Positions 62,197-64,000 of a stretch of DNA of 64,000 bases are shown piece after piece; the stretch's first letter is position 1; each line of letters begins with the position of its first letter. Location: contig CAWFCQ010000008.1 in the NCBI GenBank assembly GCA_963814375.1, forward strand, positions 448,001-512,000, read 5' to 3'. The DNA is from an uncultured Chloroflexia bacterium. GTDB taxonomy: Bacteria; Chloroflexota; Limnocylindria; QHBO01. The position numbers and the translations under genes were made by a program. The notes beneath the pieces are model-generated. The model saw only the letters and a list, made by a program, of their open reading frames with translations, did not search any database and was not told the DNA's origin.

Positions 62197-63111
62197 ATGC
62201 CGGAGCTGCCCGAGGTCGAGACGGTCGCGCGCGACCTGCAGCGCTGGGTCGCGGGCGCCACGATCCGCGACGCGACGGTCCACTGGGACCGGACGATCCG
62301 CCATCCGCAGCCGCCCGAGCGCTTCATCGCGGAGGTGAGCGGCGCGACGATCCGCCGCGTTTCCCGCCGTGCGAAGACGGTCCTTCTCCATCTCGAGGAC
62401 GGGCGCGTGATGACCGTGGCGCTGCGCATGACCGGCGCGCTGCTGGTGACGCCGGGCGGGACTCCGCCTGACCCGTACGTGCGGGTCGTCTTCGCGCTGG
62501 CGGACGGACGGGAGCTGCGCTACCGGGACGTGAGGAAGTTCGGTCGGATCGGGCTCTGGCCCGGTGGAGGACTGCGCAGCGTCGGCGCGGGGCGAGGCGC
62601 ACGGTCGCGCAAGGTGGGGGAGGGCGGGCGCCAATATCGGATCGGCGAGGTGTTCAGCGGCCATGGACCCGAGCCCCTCCAGCGAAGCTTCACCGCGTCG
62701 CGGTTCGCAGAGCGGCTGTCACGGCGCTCGGCGAAGCTGAAGACGCTGCTGCTCGACCAGACCTTCATCGCGGGCGTGGGGAACATCTACGCCGACGAGG
62801 CACTGTGGCGCGCTCGCCTCCATCCGCTGCGTGGGGCCGACACGCTCACGCCGCAGGAGATCCGACGCCTGCACCGGGCCGTGCGGCAGGTTCTGCGGCA
62901 GGGGATCGAGAACCGCGGCTCGAGCTTCAGCGACTACGTCGGAGCGGACGGGGAGCCCGGCGACAACGCCGAGCGGCTGGCGGTCTATCGGCGCACGGAG
63001 CAGCCGTGCTACCGATGCGGACGCCGGATCGAGCGAATCGTGGTCGGGCAGCGCAGCACGCACTTCTGCCCGAGATGCCAGCGCGAGGCGGTAGCATCGG
63101 TCGAGCCATGA
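62197..63111 (+). CDS. mutM: formamidopyrimidine-DNA glycosylase
   Basis: MPELPEVET, RKFG, GNIYADE, CYRC..CPRCQ. Confidence 0.96.
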   Translation: MPELPEVETVARDLQRWVAGATIRDATVHWDRTIRHPQPPERFIAEVSGATIRRVSRRAKTVLLHLEDGRVMTVALRMTGALLVTPGGTPPDPYVRVVFALADGRELRYRDVRKFGRIGLWPGGGLRSVGAGRGARSRKVGEGGRQYRIGEVFSGHGPEPLQRSFTASRFAERLSRRSAKLKTLLLDQTFIAGVGNIYADEALWRARLHPLRGADTLTPQEIRRLHRAVRQVLRQGIENRGSSFSDYVGADGEPGDNAERLAVYRRTEQPCYRCGRRIERIVVGQRSTHFCPRCQREAVASVEP

Positions 63112-63680
63112 AGGTGATCGGCCTGACCGGCAACATCGGCTGCGGCAAGAGCACCGTGGCGGCCATGCTGCGGGAACGAGGGGTAGCCACCGTCGACGCG
63201 GATGCCGTCGCGCGCGAGATCCGCCACAACGATGCCGATGCCCGCGCCGCGATCGAACGCCGCTTCGGCACGTACGAGGCCGGCGAGCTGGCGGCCATCG
63301 TCTTCACCGATGCAGAGGCGCTGCGTGACCTCGAGCAGATCCTCCATCCCCGCGTCCGCGGCGCGATCCGGGCGCGGCTGGCCGAGCTCGAGCAGGGCGG
63401 CGTGGAGGTCGCCGCGGTCGAGGTGATCAAGCTGTTCGAGTCGCCGCTGGCCGATGCGTGCGACGCGGTATGGGTGGTGCGCTGCGACGAGGCGGACGCG
63501 ATCCGGCGCCTCGCGGCCTCGCGCTCGATGGACGAGGAGACGGCGCGCCAGCGGCTGGCCAACCAGTCGTCGCAGGACGAGAAGGTGGCCAGGGCCGACG
63601 TCGTCATCGACGGCTCCGCACCGATGGAGGAGACGCGTCGCCAGGTCGAGCGAGCCCTGGCGACGCTGAGCGCGGGCTAG
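63108..63680 (+). CDS. coaE: dephospho-CoA kinase
   Basis: MKVIGLTGNIGCGKST, DAD, ILHP; polA-mutM-coaE synteny. Confidence 0.93.
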   Translation: MKVIGLTGNIGCGKSTVAAMLRERGVATVDADAVAREIRHNDADARAAIERRFGTYEAGELAAIVFTDAEALRDLEQILHPRVRGAIRARLAELEQGGVEVAAVEVIKLFESPLADACDAVWVVRCDEADAIRRLAASRSMDEETARQRLANQSSQDEKVARADVVIDGSAPMEETRRQVERALATLSAG

Positions 63681-64000
63681 GGCGCCTCGGCAGCCTGGGG
63701 TGGCTCGAACTCCGGCGGTCGCGGAACGGGGAACCCGAACTCCTCGACGAGCCGATCGACGGTCGAGCCCTCGGTGTCCGCGGTCCGGTCGTCCTCCATC
63801 GGCCGAAGTGCCATGGTGAACGTGCCGCCGACGGCGACGAGCTCCGCGACCTTCTCCGCGGTCTCGAGGTCGGCCCGGACGATGTAGACCTCGCCGGTGC
63901 GCGCGAGGATGGTGATCGACTGGAGCGTGACCTTGGTCGACGGACCCGGGATCACGTCGGCCGCCTGCGCCTCGGCCTCCACCTCGGTCTGCCCGACCTC
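63677..64000 (-). CDS. cpaB: Flp pilus assembly CpaB/RcpC-like protein, C-terminal part
   Basis: STKVTLQSITILA...AE......FTMALRP..D; frame open to the window edge. Confidence 0.6.
   Translation of the reverse strand, partial: EVGQTEVEAEAQAADVIPGPSTKVTLQSITILARTGEVYIVRADLETAEKVAELVAVGGTFTMALRPMEDDRTADTEGSTVDRLVEEFGFPVPRPPEFEPPQAAEAP

Overview
GC-rich bacterial chromosome segment. Gene content (DnaE1, polA-mutM-coaE, CpaB, F420-type enzymes, pervasive leaderless promoters) suggests a soil or aquatic Chloroflexota or actinobacterium-like organism; this is inference. Bases 1-33.6 kb are a dense array of about 45 small stress/detoxification genes: VOC, alpha/beta hydrolase, RibD_C, GNAT, DDN/PPOX, PadR/ArsR/AraC, ECF41 and ECF42 sigma factors, ABC and MFS exporters. 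Three different ECF promoter types can be read directly from the DNA there. Bases 33.7-44.6 kb hold dnaE, a membrane J-protein, a polar amino-acid ABC transporter, a Rieske oxygenase and a C-N hydrolase. Bases 44.7-57.3 kb hold an unusually elaborate potassium locus: split KdpD, KdpE with a tandem-repeat box, an extra receiver-only protein, unknown small ORFs, two membrane peptides, kdpABC and a KimA-like transporter. This block ends at tRNA-Leu(CAA) and has a 14/15-nt copy of the tRNA 3' end at its other edge. The remainder is an ECF/anti-sigma pair, a second membrane J-protein, polA-mutM-coaE and a partial cpaB. Many genes carry single-base frameshifts, concentrated in the kdp block, most likely long-read errors. 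No CRISPR array, rRNA, transposase or integrase was seen.
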